Virus record (IMG/VR): IMGVR_UViG_3300029288_004944
Span: 64,001 to 128,000 of that record
Strand: one strand, 5' to 3'
DNA length: 64,000 nt
Origin: a virus
Lineage: Duplodnaviria; Caudoviricetes
Both the position numbers and the translations under genes were made by a program. Under the pieces are notes generated by a model. The model saw only the letters and a program-made list of their open reading frames with translations, was not told the origin of the DNA and did no database searches. Positions 51,048-60,636 of the stretch are shown piece after piece (within the stretch, counting starts at the first letter, position 1; every line of letters starts with the position of its first letter).

Positions 51048-51994
51048 TTTGCCTCCCCTAAATATACTATACTCCCCTTTTCTAACTTAATCTCCTCGTC
51101 TCCACGACTAACGATTATCTCATTGTCCTTATTTTTCTCACTTATCTCATAGGCCACGACATCGCGTTTCTGAGATATTTTCGGCGTATTCTTTGCCTCT
51201 TCCATAAAAGAAAAACTTTCCTGATTACATCTATTTCTCGCCCTCTCACAGTATTGCTCAGAAATGTCAATACCAACATAATTTCGTTTTAGATCTTTGG
51301 CCACTTTGCACGTCGTGCCTGTACCGGAAAACGGATCCAAAACCGTGTTGCCCTGATAAGAGTAGAACTTCAGTAATCTTCTTGGTAATTCCTCCGGAAA
51401 TGGAGCAGGATGACTCCTGTCGGATTCTGTCATAAAATACCAAGCGTTCTTACTCCAAACCATAAACTCTTCCTTGGTTATATCAATTTTATCTTTATTC
51501 CCCACCAATGAAGGATTGTCTTTATATGCCACAATTATATATTCAATAAATGACCTCATATAAGGATTAGACGGCGATAAAAATGATCCCCACGCTGTAG
51601 ATCCCATACAAAATATGCTCATTGTTTCATCCGTTGCTTTTATCCAAGTCACAATTTCTCTTATCGTAAATCCTGCTTTACTTAAACAATTAATATAATC
51701 CGGCAAAAAAGGCAAATATTTCTGAGATTTTGGAGTATTTGGATTATTCCCAAGAACAGGTATATTAATTGCAATACGACCACCATCTACTAATACCCTA
51801 TAAGATTGCGTTATCCATTCCTGAGTAAACTTCCAATATTCATCATACGCCATATTGTCATCCCATGTTGAGCCATAGTCCTTTCCAACATTATAAGGTG
51901 GGCTCGTTATAACCATTTCAACGCTATTCTCAGGCATCTTAGCCATTATCTCACGACAGTCACCCAAATGTATCTTATTAATAAATTCATTCAT
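51044..51994 (-). CDS. N4/N6 DNA methyltransferase (likely start 51994)
   Basis: [23 protein letters not shown]. Confidence 0.9.
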   Translation of the reverse strand: MNEFINKIHLGDCREIMAKMPENSVEMVITSPPYNVGKDYGSTWDDNMAYDEYWKFTQEWITQSYRVLVDGGRIAINIPVLGNNPNTPKSQKYLPFLPDYINCLSKAGFTIREIVTWIKATDETMSIFCMGSTAWGSFLSPSNPYMRSFIEYIIVAYKDNPSLVGNKDKIDITKEEFMVWSKNAWYFMTESDRSHPAPFPEELPRRLLKFYSYQGNTVLDPFSGTGTTCKVAKDLKRNYVGIDISEQYCERARNRCNQESFSFMEEAKNTPKISQKRDVVAYEISEKNKDNEIIVSRGDEEIKLEKGSIVYLGEAK

Positions 51995-52382
51995 TATTTT
52001 TCCCCTTAAAATAGTCTTCAAGAATTTGTCTATGATCAAAAGCGATAGCCATTGGTAAATCATCTTTTCCAAAAACACTTATACTGCCGGCATCATCTCC
52101 TGCATTCAATTTTCCCACTCCCTTGGCTGTAAATACAACCGTAATGGTGTGCCCTCTCGGATCTCTATTAAGATCTGAATAAACATGAAATTGCCTTAAA
52201 TCTTTAAGTTCAAGACATGTTTCTTCTTTCATTTCTCTAATTGCCGTTTCTTCTACGCTTTCACCGTACTCAACAAACCCTCCGGGAATAGCCCAACCAT
52301 AAGGAGGATTTTTTCTTTCTATAAGAATAATGCCTTTGGGCATTTCAATAATCACATCACTTGTAATACTTATATGTTTCAT
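51987..52382 (-). CDS. Nudix hydrolase (ADP-ribose pyrophosphatase-like)
   Basis: [38 protein letters not shown]. Confidence 0.88.
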   Translation of the reverse strand: MKHISITSDVIIEMPKGIILIERKNPPYGWAIPGGFVEYGESVEETAIREMKEETCLELKDLRQFHVYSDLNRDPRGHTITVVFTAKGVGKLNAGDDAGSISVFGKDDLPMAIAFDHRQILEDYFKGKNNE

Positions 52383-52396
52383 TTTGATCTCCTTAA

Positions 52397-52543
52397 TTAT
52401 TCTCCATCATAAATTACAGAACCGTATCCCTTTTTTCTTAATGCTTTATCTCTCTTTTTACAATAATGACAATGTTTGTGAAATGTTTCAATCTTATCAT
52501 TATTATTTTTACACTTTTTACAACATTTTTCAGTTAATTTCAC
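52397..52543 (-). CDS. Cys-rich microprotein (not in the ORF track)
   Basis: GTG start, 48 aa, CCKKC...HCHYC. Confidence 0.45.
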   Translation of the reverse strand: MKLTEKCCKKCKNNNDKIETFHKHCHYCKKRDKALRKKGYGSVIYDGE

Positions 52544-54182
52544 ATTGTCTCCTTTATCTTATTTTCTATCTTTAAATTTTTTAAACACTCGGTTATTGCA
52601 TCCCACTTACAGCAACCGACAAAAGTTCCTAAATATCCATATCCTGCGACGTGCAAATTATAATGTGAATCATTCCGTGAGAAATGTTCCACATAAATAT
52701 CATTCATCTTTATTTTTAATCTTTGTCGTTCTATCCTACAAGATGATTTACACATATTGTGTATTGCCATCATATCACTCCTTTATATATCCGTTCTTTT
52801 TTAAATAAATCCACATTTCTGCAAGGGCTTGGGATAGAGATTTGTTTTCAAATTCCGGGGTAGCCAACCTATGAAACCAACTATAACAAACACGATATTC
52901 ATTATCTGAAATTTTACAAAAATCTAAACAGTAAAAATAGTTTTCAAATTTTATACTTGTTGGCAACTCTTTCAAGATTTCATCTGAAAGGGGGGCAGGT
53001 AAAATAGTTACAACCATTTCATATTTTTTTATATTTTCGGTTAAGTCTAAAATACTCCCCTTCTTGAAAAATATATGACTAAATTCAGTTTCACAGTCCC
53101 ATCCCTCTCTATCCATCAAGGCAGCAATTGATGGGGGTACACAATATTTAGTCATTACTCCTCCTCTTATTATTTAAATTTTTAATAAAAGCATATATGT
53201 CATCAAAGCAACTACCTGCAAAAATCGTGTTGGCCTCAGGGAAAAAAGCATATTGCCTCCAAGCAGGAAACCATTTAATTATTCCCAACAAATGATGACC
53301 AACTATTGAAACAACATTCCATTTTTCAGATTTACCTTCATAGGTTTCATCTTGTTCAAAATTTATCCACTTTGACATTATTCTCTCCTCAATAATTATT
53401 CCCATCTCTTCCATCGTAATATGATTCTACTCCGTGAAATTCATCACACACTGATTTCCTTATTCTATACCAACCCTTTTTATTCCGGCCAAGCAATCCC
53501 ATTTTTACCATCTTTAAACATATAGGAGAAGCCCAAGCAGAATGATAATTCCCACCCTTCAATGTCCTTCCAAGTTCAGTCGGACTTACAAACCTTTTAC
53601 TTTCAGAAGCAAGAGAATATAAAAAATCAAATATCATTCTCTCGTCATGACTCAATGTAACATCTCTATCATTAACAGTAAAATCCATTGATCCCCCTCA
53701 TTTCTACCGAATTCTTTTTACTATAATTATACTCCCCGTATCTGTTATAATCGCCATTCTATTATCATTTCCATACTCAGGACTCCATTGATCTACCACA
53801 CACATTGCATTTGGATATTTTGAATGTATCTTATCCCATAAAATTTTATCCACTTCTTCCACTAAAAATAATCCCAAAACAATAAGTACCATAACCATTA
53901 TAAGAGAAACTATCCCCACTTTTAATGCTTCCATTTTTTTCATTCTCTTATCCTCCTATTTTTCTTTATCCATTCTATAAAACTCGGAAAATCAAATGCC
54001 CAAAATACAGCAATAGGAATATAAAAACCCATGCAAGATAAAGCCATAAGTGTTATATAAAAAGGAAAAGGAAACATTCCCCTAAATAGAGCATTTAATC
54101 CCATAACAAATGCAAGTATAAAAAGAACAGTTCCAAAAATCCCACTTATAGTAAAAATCCAAGAACATAAACTTCTTTTCAT
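52540..54182 (-). other. Run of small hypothetical ORFs, including a possible winged helix (53389-53688) and two membrane proteins (53704-53943, 53940-54182)
   Basis: Overlapping minus-strand ORFs; SPTELG..MVKMGLL...GWY helix-wing pattern; hydrophobic segments. Confidence 0.55.
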
Positions 54183-54194
54183 CTTTTTATCCCC

Positions 54195-54776
54195 CTAATC
54201 TCTATACAATTGTTCACAATCTATGTGTAATTCAACCATCGCAGGAACTAATTCCTTTATTTCAAGTCCATCCCTTATTCTATCACGGATCATTGTTGAT
54301 GATATATCTATTTCTTTAATTCTTGAAAAAATAATATTACCAATACTCTCATATGGAAAATCCCCTAAAATAAATTTAGGTCTATTAAATACCACAAATT
54401 GACATTCTTTCAACAAATCTTTATAGTCTTTCCATTTAGGTATGCCAATCAAAGAATCAGATCCTGCAATAAAATATATGTCGGCCTTTGTCTTTCTCTT
54501 AAAATATCGCACAATATCAATAGTATATGACTTTCCCTTTCTTTTCGATTCAATATCCGAAACCGAAAAATCAGGATGGCCAAAAATCGCAAGTGAAACC
54601 ATTTTATATCTATGAGAAAATGATACGATAGGGAGAGATTTGAAATGAGGAATAAAAGAAGGAATAAATATAACTTTATTTAAATGAAGTCTTTCCATTG
54701 CTATCTTTGCTATTTCCATATGCCCATTATGTATAGGATTGAACGTTCCCCCAAATAAACCAATTCTTTCCTTCAT
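54195..54776 (-). CDS. nadD: Nicotinate-nucleotide adenylyltransferase
   Basis: GGTFNPIHNGH, SYTID, AGSDS, ISSTMIR. Confidence 0.93.
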   Translation of the reverse strand: MKERIGLFGGTFNPIHNGHMEIAKIAMERLHLNKVIFIPSFIPHFKSLPIVSFSHRYKMVSLAIFGHPDFSVSDIESKRKGKSYTIDIVRYFKRKTKADIYFIAGSDSLIGIPKWKDYKDLLKECQFVVFNRPKFILGDFPYESIGNIIFSRIKEIDISSTMIRDRIRDGLEIKELVPAMVELHIDCEQLYRD

Positions 54777-54803
54777 TCTAAACTCCCCCTGTAATATTTA
54801 AGT

Positions 54804-54912
54804 TGGACCCGGCAGGACTCGAACCTACGTCTTTTGGAGACATACAGAAAATTGTGCACATTCTCAGTATATCTTTATTCCAGTTATGGCTTTGCCAATC
54901 GCCCACAGGCCC
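54804..54912 (-). tRNA. Aberrant tRNA-like RNA (109 nt; anticodon arm expanded, identity unclear)
   Basis: Acceptor GGGCCTG/CGGGTCC+A, D-arm GGC-GATTGGCAAA-GCC, T-arm GTAGG-TTCGAGT-CCTGC. Confidence 0.7.
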
Positions 54913-54917
54913 ATCAA

Positions 54918-55103
54918 CTACCATTGCACCAAATCTTCATCACGATTTTCTAATCTCTTAATTAAATCCTTTATATAGCCTTGAACGATCATAGATGCAC
55001 CCTTTTCTCTTTCTTTTAAAATAGAACCATTGCCTACAGATTCTTTTTCAACTTTTAAATCGTTTTTCAATCCTTTTATTAAATGATCCAATTCCATGCT
55101 CAT
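54918..55103 (-). CDS. Hypothetical protein
   Basis: 61-aa ORF with SD. Confidence 0.5.
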   Translation of the reverse strand: MSMELDHLIKGLKNDLKVEKESVGNGSILKEREKGASMIVQGYIKDLIKRLENRDEDLVQW

Positions 55104-55154
55104 ATTACCCCCTACTTTTCTAATATTTTAAGTACTATAAATAATCTTCCACTA

Positions 55155-55355
55155 TTAATACATTATTGCATTACATGATATCTTCATCCTACTTTTTTCA
55201 TCTCTCTGTACTGCCACTGTATTACCATTAATCCAAACAAATTGTTTAACACCATCTTGATAACTTCTCTCAAGTCCAAATTCGCATATTTTAGCAAAAA
55301 CTTGTAGTATTTCGCTCTTTGTTGCCAATCTCATTCTACCTTTTATTTCGCCCAT
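55155..55355 (-). CDS. Hypothetical protein
   Basis: First ORF after the promoter, GGGGG SD. Confidence 0.55.
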   Translation of the reverse strand: MGEIKGRMRLATKSEILQVFAKICEFGLERSYQDGVKQFVWINGNTVAVQRDEKSRMKISCNAIMY

Positions 55356-55398
55356 TTAATTCCCCCTTTCTTTAAATCCCTTATCTCATCCTACACAT

Positions 55399-55427
55399 AT
55401 TATAACATACTTTTAATCTAAAGTCAA
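55399..55427 (-). promoter_or_regulatory. Sigma70 promoter TTGACT-N17-TATAAT with conserved leader
   Basis: TTGACTTTAGATTAAAAGTATGTTATAAT, followed by ATGTGTAGGATGAGATAAGGGATTTAA. Confidence 0.85.
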
Positions 55428-55443
55428 GGGAAATCTTTTCCAC

Positions 55444-56982
55444 TTAAAATAATTCCATTTGATCACTACTTTTTTCCCTTTTATCACCTTTGATCACTTT
55501 TTTACTTTTTGATTCAACTTTCACTACTCCTTTTTGTCTATTGTTTTGAACATCTGACCAATATTTCAATCTTGCTTCGGAAATTTTACAATACTCTTTC
55601 TCTTTCTCTATTGCAATATACTTTCTACCCAAGTTCCCACATGCTATTGCCGTAGTTCCAGATCCTGAAAAAAGATCAATTACTATTCCATTTTTAGAAC
55701 AAACCAAATTAACAAGATACTCCATTAATGCTATCGGCTTCACACACGGATGAATGTTCTTTGCTTTTAGAGCATTTATATTATTATCCATGGTTCTTTT
55801 TTCTACCGAACATTTTCTACCAATACCCCCTGAATTTAATTCAGATTTCCTTAAAGGAAGTTCTTCTAATCCCTCATTTTTTTCACGCACACCTGCTTTT
55901 GCACAATAAAAAAATCTGGAAGCACCCCCAATATCTCCGTATGTTTCCATTAAATATTGATTATTAAACTTTCCATATATACCATGAGGACTTTGATACT
56001 TACCCATAGTTTTATCTCTTTTATGTAAGTTAGGAGACATATATCCACTTTTCAATATACCTGTTTGAATATCTAATTCTTTACCTGCTTCCTCATCAAA
56101 AATTATATTAGAAGGAAAACGACCTTCATTCGAACTTAATACATTTTTTGCACATATATCTCCATGCGAAGGTTTATTTGTATTATAATTTCCTCCCCTT
56201 ATATCTGTTTGAGTGCCAAATCTTGCACTTTCTTTATCCTCTTCATTTTTATATCCTATTCTTGTCCCATCAATATTAATTCCACCCGTACCCCATTTCA
56301 AAACATTAAGAGCAACAGTATTCTCTGACAAAGGCTTTCGAGCAACCACGATGGGCTCACATGCAGGTTTAAGAGCAGTTCCCCATCCTTCCCATTCGGA
56401 ATTACCTTTATCTTTTATTCTGTTTGTTTTGAAAATTCCATAATCAACAGTATCATATTTTTCTTTATTGTTATGCCTCTCATTTCCATCTGGTGCTATA
56501 TAATTTCCAACAATCTCTCTATTGTTCCCCTGTAATTTATCAATCGCCTTTCCTATATTCAAACTTTTTGGAAATCCTTGCGAATATATCCACATCATAC
56601 AATCTCTTATTTCAAAACCGGCATCCTCAATCCCACATATCAACCTATGATGTGTCCTCGTACCACCAAAAGCAAGTAAAAAAGCACCTGGTTTTAAAAT
56701 TCTCAACAATTCATTACCCCACTCCTGACACCATTGTTGATAATTGTGCATATCTGATTTAAAAAATCTTGGCAAGATTTTAAAATTTTTCTTCACTTTT
56801 AAATCATTATCACCTTCTTCCCCTGCTCTACCAAATCTATCAAAACTATCCCATTCTTTACCCATAAATTCTAATCCGTATGGAGGATCTGTAATACAAG
56901 CGTCAATACTATTATCAGGTAATGTTTTCATAATTTCTATATTATCACCACATATAACCTCCCCTATAGGCAAATTACTCAT
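55444..56982 (-). CDS. N6-adenine DNA methyltransferase (likely start 56982)
   Basis: ITDPPY, GFPKS, ALKPA.EP, HPCVKP, DLFSGSGTT. Confidence 0.9.
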   Translation of the reverse strand: MSNLPIGEVICGDNIEIMKTLPDNSIDACITDPPYGLEFMGKEWDSFDRFGRAGEEGDNDLKVKKNFKILPRFFKSDMHNYQQWCQEWGNELLRILKPGAFLLAFGGTRTHHRLICGIEDAGFEIRDCMMWIYSQGFPKSLNIGKAIDKLQGNNREIVGNYIAPDGNERHNNKEKYDTVDYGIFKTNRIKDKGNSEWEGWGTALKPACEPIVVARKPLSENTVALNVLKWGTGGINIDGTRIGYKNEEDKESARFGTQTDIRGGNYNTNKPSHGDICAKNVLSSNEGRFPSNIIFDEEAGKELDIQTGILKSGYMSPNLHKRDKTMGKYQSPHGIYGKFNNQYLMETYGDIGGASRFFYCAKAGVREKNEGLEELPLRKSELNSGGIGRKCSVEKRTMDNNINALKAKNIHPCVKPIALMEYLVNLVCSKNGIVIDLFSGSGTTAIACGNLGRKYIAIEKEKEYCKISEARLKYWSDVQNNRQKGVVKVESKSKKVIKGDKREKSSDQMELF

Positions 56983-58249
56983 TGTCAATAGCCTCCTCTT
57001 TCTTGTTAAACTCCAAAGCAAGAGACTTCGCATCCCTTATTGTTTCTCCCATATCCATATATGCCCACGATCCATACCTACCTTTACTGTATATGTTTTT
57101 AGACATCAAGTATTCCTGAATTATATCCACTCGTTTTTTCCATCCCTTATCAAAAATTGTATATGCCGGATTCAAATAATCAACTATCGGCAATACAACA
57201 TTATTGCCATCTATCTCCAACGATTCAAGCATATTCACATCCGATACTAATCCCAACTTCTTATCCTTGTACATTGATATCTCAAAGGATACGACATCGT
57301 AATTATCAGGACAGGTAAACGTTGAAAAAGACTTCATAAAATATGCTCTCATAAAGGGCATTTTAGGATCAGATGCATAGATCCAATGCGTATTCAATGG
57401 ACTATTGTTCTTTGTTTTATAAATAAATGATAAAACATACATTGATGTATATTTCAAATTCTTTGCTGCCGATTTAACTTTATAGGGAGCATTCTTAATA
57501 TATTTTACCATATGGTGCAAAGGAATACTTGACACTATGGTTTCCCATTTTTCTTCAACACCATTCATTTTTATGATCTTTTTATCTACATCAATATACT
57601 CTATATTACAATTCAACAAACAATTATCTCTCTTTATTGTTTCAGCAATCTTATTTACAACCATTCCTGCCCCGCCCATTTGCGGATAATAAAATGAATC
57701 ATTATACCCTTTACTCCCGGACTCGGCTATCCTATTAGATTTTATTAACTCAATCTTTGTGTCAGGAAATCTCCAATATTTCTTGTTATATGGCGTAAAA
57801 AAATATTTCATCATTGCATTGCCGAACTTGCTTCGCATTGATCTACCTATACTTGATTCATCAAATCCTGATTTATTCCCTTTCTTTTGTGCCTTCAAGA
57901 AATCTTTTTCACACTCTCCTGCCACTTTCTTATTTAAATGTTTATAATTGGTCTGAAAGGGATAATCAATAACTTCCGGCTTATTAAATCCTTTACCTGA
58001 ATTATATATTCTTGCATGCCTTTCCTGCTTTATTAAATTACAACCCAATCCATTAAGCCAAGCAATATCATCCTCTTTCAATGAGTGAAAAATATGCCCG
58101 GCCCTGTCAATTACAATGCGATATCCGACTCCAACCGATCTGCAATAACCGCCAATATAAGGATCTCTTTCGATGATCCTATACTCTTTGCCTTTTAAAA
58201 AATGAGCAAAAGTTAAACCATAAAGTCCGCCACCAATTACGTGTATCAT
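56975..58249 (-). CDS. FAD-dependent oxidoreductase (UDP-galactopyranose mutase / protoporphyrinogen oxidase-like)
   Basis: IGGGLYG, ER..YIGG, GHIFH, FYYP..GG, GRYGSWAY.DM. Confidence 0.8.
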   Translation of the reverse strand: MIHVIGGGLYGLTFAHFLKGKEYRIIERDPYIGGYCRSVGVGYRIVIDRAGHIFHSLKEDDIAWLNGLGCNLIKQERHARIYNSGKGFNKPEVIDYPFQTNYKHLNKKVAGECEKDFLKAQKKGNKSGFDESSIGRSMRSKFGNAMMKYFFTPYNKKYWRFPDTKIELIKSNRIAESGSKGYNDSFYYPQMGGAGMVVNKIAETIKRDNCLLNCNIEYIDVDKKIIKMNGVEEKWETIVSSIPLHHMVKYIKNAPYKVKSAAKNLKYTSMYVLSFIYKTKNNSPLNTHWIYASDPKMPFMRAYFMKSFSTFTCPDNYDVVSFEISMYKDKKLGLVSDVNMLESLEIDGNNVVLPIVDYLNPAYTIFDKGWKKRVDIIQEYLMSKNIYSKGRYGSWAYMDMGETIRDAKSLALEFNKKEEAIDNE

Positions 58250-58532
58250 TTTTTCCTCTCTCTATAACAGATTCTATTATACTTACATTTTCATCATATT
58301 CTTCATGTCTAATGCGCCTATTATTTATATACCATGAACGGCCTCTAATTCTACCATCATCGTTATAAACCTCATAAGCAGGGAGATTACCATCTCTATG
58401 TATCAAACCAACCTCATTAAGCCATACTTTATATTGAATATTGCCATTTGGCCAATATCTAATCCTCGATGGTTTATCATTGTCAATAATGTCAGGCCCA
58501 AGACGTTTTATGATATCCTGCTTTATATCCAT
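58179..58532 (-). CDS. MDIKQD-leader MORN-variant repeat protein (copy 4)
   Basis: Shared leader; YWPNG, HRDGNLPA. Confidence 0.8.
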   Translation of the reverse strand: MDIKQDIIKRLGPDIIDNDKPSRIRYWPNGNIQYKVWLNEVGLIHRDGNLPAYEVYNDDGRIRGRSWYINNRRIRHEEYDENVSIIESVIERGKNDTRNWWRTLWFNFCSFFKRQRV

Positions 58533-58533
58533 A

Positions 58534-59061
58534 TTATTTTTTAGCCTTTTCTTCTCCCGACCACCACAATTTCTCTCTAACCATTTCCCCTATAATTGCA
58601 TAACCCACTATATCCTGCCACGTATCCACAGTAGGCTCATTGGTCGGTTTTTTATCATTTAAAACTAAATTCTCCAACCGATACACCTTATCCATAAGCC
58701 TTGTAGCAACGCCAACCAATCCTGTCATTGCAACATTCTTACCACTGTAATCCCTACCCTTATATTCAAGTAAATCCACAACATGCTTAAATACATCTTT
58801 AACATTTTTAAACTTGCCATACCCAAACTTATCATCTTGTGCTTTTATAAATCCACCAACAGCATCCATAGCAATTAAAAATAATGTTTGTTCAAGTTTT
58901 TTAGGATTTTTTAATAATTTCTTACTCAATAACTCCTCAAATAAAAAATTAATATTTTGCTCTAGTGCATAAATAATAATATTATAATCAAAATGACTAC
59001 ATGACTTACTAACTGTCCACTTAGCACATATACTTTCTGCTCCCTTACGATTAAAAGCCAT
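58534..59061 (-). CDS. DUF1599 (nucleotide-modification-associated) domain protein
   Basis: KGRDYS..N....GLVGV..RLMDKVYRL.NL...E...DT.QDIVGYAII. Confidence 0.75.
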   Translation of the reverse strand: MAFNRKGAESICAKWTVSKSCSHFDYNIIIYALEQNINFLFEELLSKKLLKNPKKLEQTLFLIAMDAVGGFIKAQDDKFGYGKFKNVKDVFKHVVDLLEYKGRDYSGKNVAMTGLVGVATRLMDKVYRLENLVLNDKKPTNEPTVDTWQDIVGYAIIGEMVREKLWWSGEEKAKK

Positions 59062-59312
59062 TAGTTTCCTCCTTCGATTGCATTAATACCCTTGGTTAAA
59101 TTTTCCACATATCCAATAATTACTTTTTCTAAATTTTGTATATCCCTCTCAATCGTATCCGGAGACGTTTCGGCCTTTACCATTTCTTTATTGATCTCCT
59201 CAATTCTTTCATTCTTACTTTTCAGATCAGATTCCACCTGCATTTTTTCAGACTTCTTTTCTTCAACCTTTTCTTTTAATGCCGAAATCTCCCTATCACT
59301 TGGCATACCCAT
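59061..59312 (-). CDS. Coiled-coil hypothetical protein
   Basis: Heptad-rich 83 aa. Confidence 0.55.
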   Translation of the reverse strand: MGMPSDREISALKEKVEEKKSEKMQVESDLKSKNERIEEINKEMVKAETSPDTIERDIQNLEKVIIGYVENLTKGINAIEGGN

Positions 59313-59327
59313 ACACTACCTCCCTTT

Positions 59328-59762
59328 TTATTTTTTAATCATACACTCTTCATTTTTAACAATTTTTACTATCTCATCATATATGTCTTGTCTAAACTCT
59401 AATTTTGTCCAATCAGCATGGCCTGCCCCTCCCCACCACATAACTATATTTTCATTACTCAAATCAAAAACTGTTTTTACGACAGTTTCAACTTCTAATA
59501 CATCCATTTCTTTATCACAATTTGAACATTTAATATGAATATGCACTCTTGTTTTTTCTTCATTAGATTTATCATCATCAACAAATTTTTTTATTTTATC
59601 ATATATATCTTTTCTAAATTCTACACTTGTAAATTTTGCATCACATGTTCCGCCATACCACATAATAATACCTTCATTAAGCAGATCATCCATTGACCTT
59701 CTCTCACGCCTAATCTCTTTCGTATCTTCTACATTCCCACACTTTGGACATTTAACATACAT
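59328..59762 (-). CDS. Tandem two-repeat zinc-ribbon protein
   Basis: Two units of KCxxC...L.NE.I.MW.GG...EFR.DIYD.I.K.V. Confidence 0.65.
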   Translation of the reverse strand: MYVKCPKCGNVEDTKEIRRERRSMDDLLNEGIIMWYGGTCDAKFTSVEFRKDIYDKIKKFVDDDKSNEEKTRVHIHIKCSNCDKEMDVLEVETVVKTVFDLSNENIVMWWGGAGHADWTKLEFRQDIYDEIVKIVKNEECMIKK

Positions 59763-59788
59763 TTTATTTACCCCCTATTTCTTTATTC

Positions 59789-60271
59789 CTAAACACTCAT
59801 ATTTTTCTTATGAAATACCTTATGCAAATAATTTACACAAAAATTTTTAATTTTGTTTAATGCTCTATATTTATTTTTTCCATTCACACCTATAATTCTT
59901 TTTGCACACATAACAGAAATGTTCTTAGAAACCTTATTCACATAATTATCAAGTTCTTCCTGACTAAATATCCTATATTCAGGAAATATCTGATCCTTTA
60001 AAAGTTTTACTATATCCTTAGTATTAAATTGATGTTGCGATGTGATTATGGAATGCAATACATTGGGTTCATTTAATTTTTCTACAAAATAATTAGCCTC
60101 TTCTGGTTTTCTCTTTAAACATATGGCAACAATAAGTTTATCTTTAAACCTGCCAAATGTTATAGAATCTGAAACACCATCAGTTAAAAGATCTTTAGCA
60201 CGCCGGGTAACATTTGCAATAACTCCCTGCTTTAATGCAATATCAATATCTTCATCTTTTATGTCGGGCAT
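59789..60271 (-). CDS. Hypothetical protein
   Basis: 160-aa ORF. Confidence 0.55.
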   Translation of the reverse strand: MPDIKDEDIDIALKQGVIANVTRRAKDLLTDGVSDSITFGRFKDKLIVAICLKRKPEEANYFVEKLNEPNVLHSIITSQHQFNTKDIVKLLKDQIFPEYRIFSQEELDNYVNKVSKNISVMCAKRIIGVNGKNKYRALNKIKNFCVNYLHKVFHKKNMSV

Positions 60272-60310
60272 ATTTACCCCCTTTTATGGCAATATTACCA
60301 TTTTTTATGT

Positions 60311-60622
60311 TTATTTTTTCCTAATTGTTCCATCTGCATAAATTTTAATATATGTACCTTTTGGAAAATCAACCGATACGATTCCTCTCATTCCATGCTT
60401 TTTCCCATCCTTAAATGTAATTATTGTAACCGATGAAGAACTGAAATTTCCCTGCATATAAGATGCATCACAATATTGGCCTTCGGCAACAAGTGTAGTT
60501 GATCTTATTTTATCCACAGCCATCATTTCATCACCCAATTTATTCGCTCCATAAAATAATACACCAAAAAATAATATAATACCAATCCAACATAAAATTA
60601 TTTCCACTGTTTCTTTCTTCAT
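60311..60622 (-). CDS. Membrane-anchored hypothetical protein
   Basis: N-terminal TM segment. Confidence 0.55.
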   Translation of the reverse strand: MKKETVEIILCWIGIILFFGVLFYGANKLGDEMMAVDKIRSTTLVAEGQYCDASYMQGNFSSSSVTIITFKDGKKHGMRGIVSVDFPKGTYIKIYADGTIRKK

Positions 60623-60636
60623 TTTAACCCCCTACC

